A DNA stretch of 64,000 nucleotides. Origin: Octopus sinensis. Lineage: Eukaryota. Shown here piece after piece: positions 59,059 to 64,000 of the stretch. The stretch spans positions 25,978,001 to 26,042,000 of the forward strand of contig NC_043012.1 of NCBI RefSeq assembly GCF_006345805.1. Direction: 5' to 3'. The notes beneath the pieces were generated by a model. It ran no database searches, was not told the origin of the DNA, and saw nothing but the letters and a program-made list of their open reading frames with translations. The first letter of the stretch is position 1. Every line of letters begins with the position of its first letter. Made by a program: the position numbers and the translations under genes.

Positions 59059-59581
59059 CTGTTCCACTGAAAGCGCAAAGCCTTCAATTTGGTGTAAGGG
59101 GAGCAATCGACTACATCGACCCCTCTCATAATCATTATAATCATCATTGTCATCATCGTCATCCTCATAATCATCATTGTCTTCGACGTCATCGTCATTA
59201 TTATCACATTTCTTATCATCATCAGTGGTGAACATTATCTCCAGTTTCATTTCTGAACCTAACATATCTATTTTAATTTCATTTAACAGAAAGTGCGACG
59301 ACGTACGGCACAACACGTTTTACTAGAAATAACAGACAAATCTCCCAATGCCCTCATTATTCATAGGAAGCACTCTTCAGAAAGGAACTGATCATGGCCG
59401 GAACGTCATTATTTATAAATTTGCTTAATAAGTTTCGATAATGTAATAATAAAATTATCACATATACTTTATATTATGCATTACGTTACCTTACCAAGCT
59501 TAGATACAATTGTCCTTCAAACCACAGCATCGTATGTGGAAGTGGACAGTACTCTAAACAGAAACCATGGATCTAATCTAA

Positions 59582-59897
59582 GGCAGCGAGCTGGCAGAAA
59601 CGTTAGCACGCCGGGCGAAATGCTTAGCGGTATTCCATCTGTCGCTACGTTCTGAGTTCAAATTCCGCCGAGGTCGACTTTGCCTTTCATCCTTTCGGGG
59701 TTGATTAAATAAGTGCCATTTACGCACTGGGGTCGATATAATCGACTTAATCCGTTTGTCTGTCCTTGTTTGTCCTCTCTGTGTTTAGCCCCTTGTGGGT
59801 AGTAAAGAAATAGGTATTCCGTCTGCCGCTACGTTCTGAGTTCAAATTCCGCCTGGGTCGACTTTGCCTTTCATCCTTTAGGGGCAGTAAAGAAATA
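59582..59897 (+). mobile_element. SINE A, 1.5 units under one TSD
   Basis: AGAAACCATGGATCTAATCTAA (59560-59581) versus AGAACCCGTTGATCTAATCTAA (59898-59919). Confidence 0.9.
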
Positions 59898-60649
59898 AGA
59901 ACCCGTTGATCTAATCTAAAAGACTAGCCCTGGATTAAACAACAGCAGAATTTAATTACTAGATAAACCATTATCTTCACTTGGACACTATACCAACATT
60001 ACAATCACTATCGAAGTCATTCTTTAAAACAAACATCAACATAACACTTGTCATCAATCATAGTGATCGGTGCAGTCGACATTTCACCAGTGAGATATGA
60101 TATAAACTCCTATGTGAACTGGTTTAAGCTTCTATAAAATATACATGCGTCCTCTAGTGTATCTCGAACATTTCTGTTGCTAATTATACAGAATTGACCA
60201 AGAAATCATAGATATTATGAACATTTTAGTGCCCTTAACAACGAGATTATCTACTCAAGATTAGATTTTATAAATTCCAACATCACATACTAAAAAAGAA
60301 ATAAGCTACGCACCACACTCAACTACGTCATTTCACTCCATCTCCCTACTGATAACAACCCAATTCCGAAAGCCGCCTCCTCATGGGATCCTGCTCGTCA
60401 TCCTGCGTCACAACGCTTACTCTATTCATGACGTATTAAACGTGCATAATGGCATAGCAACATATGATCTGGAGGTGGAATGATAACAATATAAGCTGTC
60501 CTTCAAGAAAATTAACATCGGAAATCCACAAATATCTGAAAAAAGTTCAGCTCACGGATTTTTCGGCAAATAGGTTTGGCATGAAATCACTGGGTTCCCT
60601 TGCTGTTAAATATTACGCATGCATACACAAAATACCCGAACATATTATA

Positions 60650-61170
60650 CAGGGCGTGGTGAATAAACTGTCGTCCAAATAACCCCAAAATTTAAATAAT
60701 ACTGACATCACATTTTAATACATATATTTACCACGATTACGTTAAAATATTTTGAAATACTAAAATGTACCTTTATTCAATAAAATGGCATTCACTTCAA
60801 CCACGGCCTCCACACGACTTCTTAATCTCCTGCAGCTTTTCAAGACGGCCCCCTTGTTTCAGTTGGTGAATGTTGCCATAATCCTTGCCTTCGGTTCACT
60901 TTTGATGTCACAAGGAGTTTTGTAGGTCTTTCGCTCAACTGCACCCCGCACATAATAATCAAGGGGTTGCAGTCTGGGGAGTTAGGTGGCTAGATGCTTG
61001 GGGTGGTATGGTCACATAAATTGTCTGACAGCCATGTCAGGATTCTCCTGCTTGTGTAGCATGTTGCTTAGTCCTGTTGCCAGATATAGGGCCATCCAAC
61101 TGCCATGCTTTTTACCAAGCGCGGCACTACCTCCTCAAAGCAATTGACGTACGTCTCCGTGTTGAGTTTG
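60650..61170 (-). mobile_element. Tc1/mariner superfamily transposase 3' remnant, maT-like (DD37D spacing)
   Basis: YIWQQD*ATCYTS..WL..*PPNSPDCNP(L/fs)DYYVRG gives 37 residues between the last two Asp, allowing one frameshift. The end is TA-CAGGGCG. Confidence 0.85.
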
Positions 61171-61344
61171 GCACACGCACATACACACACACACACACCA
61201 CACACACACACACACACACACCACACACACAAACACACAAACACACAATCACAAATGCACACACACGAACGCAAACACACACACATATAGTTCGAATTCA
61301 TAGAAAAACAATGGTAAAGACGTAGAAAAAGCAAGTGAATTAGT

Positions 61345-61405
61345 TTGACGCTCGGGAAATGGAAATATGCTTTATGTTTCGAGCCTACGCTCTTCGATAG
61401 GAAGG
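61345..61405 (-). ncRNA. Degenerate hammerhead-like motif
   Basis: CTATCGA-A-GAGC-GTAG-GCTC-GAAAC-ATA followed by TTCCCGAGCGTCAAACT, as at 37428. Confidence 0.45.
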
Positions 61406-62619
61406 AATACGAGAAAATAAATAGAAAGAGAATGAAAACATGTCTTGTGTTCAGTGTTCCAACATGGCGACACACATATGAACAAACATGCATTTATACA
61501 CATCTCTAAATCATAATATTATATATATATATATGTATGTATATGCATATATGTCTGTATGTATCTATATATGTATATGTGTTGGTATGTGTGTGCGTGT
61601 GTGTGTGTGATTGTATATATATATATATAAATCTGTGTGTGTTTTTCTGTGTGTGTGTGTACTTCTATACACATATACATTTATATACACAGCTTCCCAA
61701 ACATACAAACTCTCACAGGGAAAAAATTCTCATATACACTAAATAGTCTCCTAGATTTTTTTTTATCGATCAATATAACATTTTGAAGTGATGGCGTCCA
61801 AAATCAAACAAGATAGAAAACCACAACCGCCATTATTATTGCTCCCCTGTATTGTTCAGGTTGTATATTTTTGGCTTTTTTATATTGACAGGTTTGTTTA
61901 TTTATTTTTCCTTTTTAAGTTTTTTTCTATTGTTTTAGTTATATTTTGTTGGGTTTTCGTACACATTTATTTATTTTTATTGATTTCTATTTCACCATTT
62001 TTTTTTTAGTTGTAATAAAATCATTAAAAGTTGAATCATCAAAAATAGTGGCCAGAATATTTTTCCTGATTAAATCTTATTATTAAACCGAAATCTTTCC
62101 GTTAATGTCTTCCTGGATGTTACTATTCGTTCCACTATTCTACTATTCCATTGTAGTATTAGCTAATTTCTTAATTATATATTTTTTTCCTTATTTGATT
62201 TTGCCCCGTGTTCTCTCTTTATAGCTATCGTCTGCTTCCTTCCATTTTTCTTTTTCTTCGCTTACACTTTTTCTTTCGTTGTTTGTTTTTACTTAATACA
62301 TTAAAAAATAATAATTTTTGCCGTCGTTGCTTCTTTATGTATTTATCTATTTAGTTTAAGTTAGTTAATTGTCCCGTCAAAACTAAAAATGCGAAAAACA
62401 AAAAGATGTTATATTCGTATGTGGCCATTTTGTTCTTCGTTCTTTTCGTCTTCATCGTTTACTTCATCTAATCTACCAATAAATCTCTTCGTAATGATTC
62501 CTTTTGCTTGTTTTCTTTATTTTGTCATTTAATTATTTCAATTTTATTTTTAGCTTTATATTTGATATTAATTATTTGTTTCCGAGTTGTTTCTCTTTTT
62601 AGTGGATCATTGAGTGACG

Positions 62620-62681
<62 letters not shown>

Positions 62682-63715
62682 TTTCATTTCCTATTTTCGT
62701 TTTAAATACTTTTTTTCTTTTTTTTAAGCATTCTTCATCTGTGTCCCCTCCTTCTACTTTAAGTTACTTCACAAAAAAAAATGTAATAGTATCGTAAGTT
62801 GAACAATGCCCAAACACATAAAACTATAGGGTGCGTAGAAGGAGAGAAAGCAGGCGTTTATGATATGGCGAATGTAAAAATAGCACGAAATCCTATTTAC
62901 TGTGTAATACAATATTGTGTGTATAAAACGATATGTGTATTTCTGTGCAAACACATGTGTTCCCATTTGTATGTGTGTAAGCCTGCGTATACAGATGTTT
63001 GCGGTTTATACTCATACATATTCAAACACGTACCCACACACAAACCTCAGTGCATATATATATATACTCACACACATAGGAGTATAGTCGTTATTTAATA
63101 TCGATTAGGACCTATTAGCAAGTTCTAAACTTTCCATAGTTGTTTTGTTTTTAAGTCTATATAATCACCTTCAGTTATATAGACACCTATGCTGCTAAAC
63201 TTCTGTGGGCAGAATGTGGAGTTTGATTAGAGGTTTTCACGGCCACCGGATGATAATCATTTAGCCTGATATTCAGGCTAAGGTAGAAGTTTTAAATTTG
63301 GCTACTTTTGCTCATGGACTAGATAGAAAACCCGGTCAGTAAATCGAACCCGTGACTTTATGATGATAAAGCCAACACTTTTACCACAGAGCCATGCCAC
63401 TTCACACAACCAGTCATACAAATAAATGTACACACATATGTATACGTACTAATGTGTGCATGCATATGTGCATGTATGTACGTGAGTTTCTGTCACGTTG
63501 TTTTAATAGCTATTTGTTGTATTTAATATAATGTTCTCGGCAGCTTCTGTATTATATGATTAAAATACTTAATGTATTTTGTAAAACTTAAAACATCTGA
63601 AGTTCTGACCGTGCTGAGAAAATTCTATCAATAAAAGTAATGAGTTAAAGGAGGAAGACGTATGTTAGCGATATCTGGAGAGAGGGAAGGTAGGAAACAG
63701 AGGAAAGATAGATTG

Positions 63716-63718
63716 TGA

Positions 63719-63777
<59 letters not shown>
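63716..63777. repeat. (GA)n microsatellite
   Basis: Direct reading. Confidence 0.95.
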
Positions 63778-63783
<6 letters not shown>

Positions 63784-64000
63784 TAAGAGCAAGAGACTGA
63801 GAGTGAATACAGAGAAAGTAAAGTCTTGAAGTAGATAAACACGTTTTAGAGAAAATGTGAGAGAGGGGACATAGAAGCTGGTGAAAAGATTGAATGAGAG
63901 AAGATAGGACAAAAGTGGTGTTAGCCGGAATAGATAGAAAGGAGATAGAGAGAAAATAGTGAGAAATAAAAGGGAAGAGAAGATACAAGTGGGGCTTCAG

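Overview
This is AT-rich, microsatellite-saturated eukaryotic DNA with one 100-N gap (26903-27002). The SINE families and simple-repeat load suggest an octopus/cephalopod genome, inferred from recalled repeat consensus sequences and not verified. I find no credible host protein-coding exon; almost all listed ORFs are microsatellite read-throughs. The window is a transposon graveyard. It holds at least four tRNA-headed SINE families with shuffled modules, a Penelope-like element (GIY-YIG remnant with an inverted pLTR), and a CR1-group LINE RT pseudogene. It also holds R4/Dong-like LINE fragments in (TAA)n and (TACA)n tracts, mariner and maT-like remnants, a non-autonomous Helitron and an AT-rich foldback. 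The most interesting signal is a dispersed set of minimal type I hammerhead-ribozyme motifs with palindromic stem III. One sits in what looks like a tRNA-headed SINE and was split by a later SINE insertion with a perfect 16-bp TSD. A second signal is a SINE that forms head-less tandem arrays under single TSDs and inserts into its own sequence.
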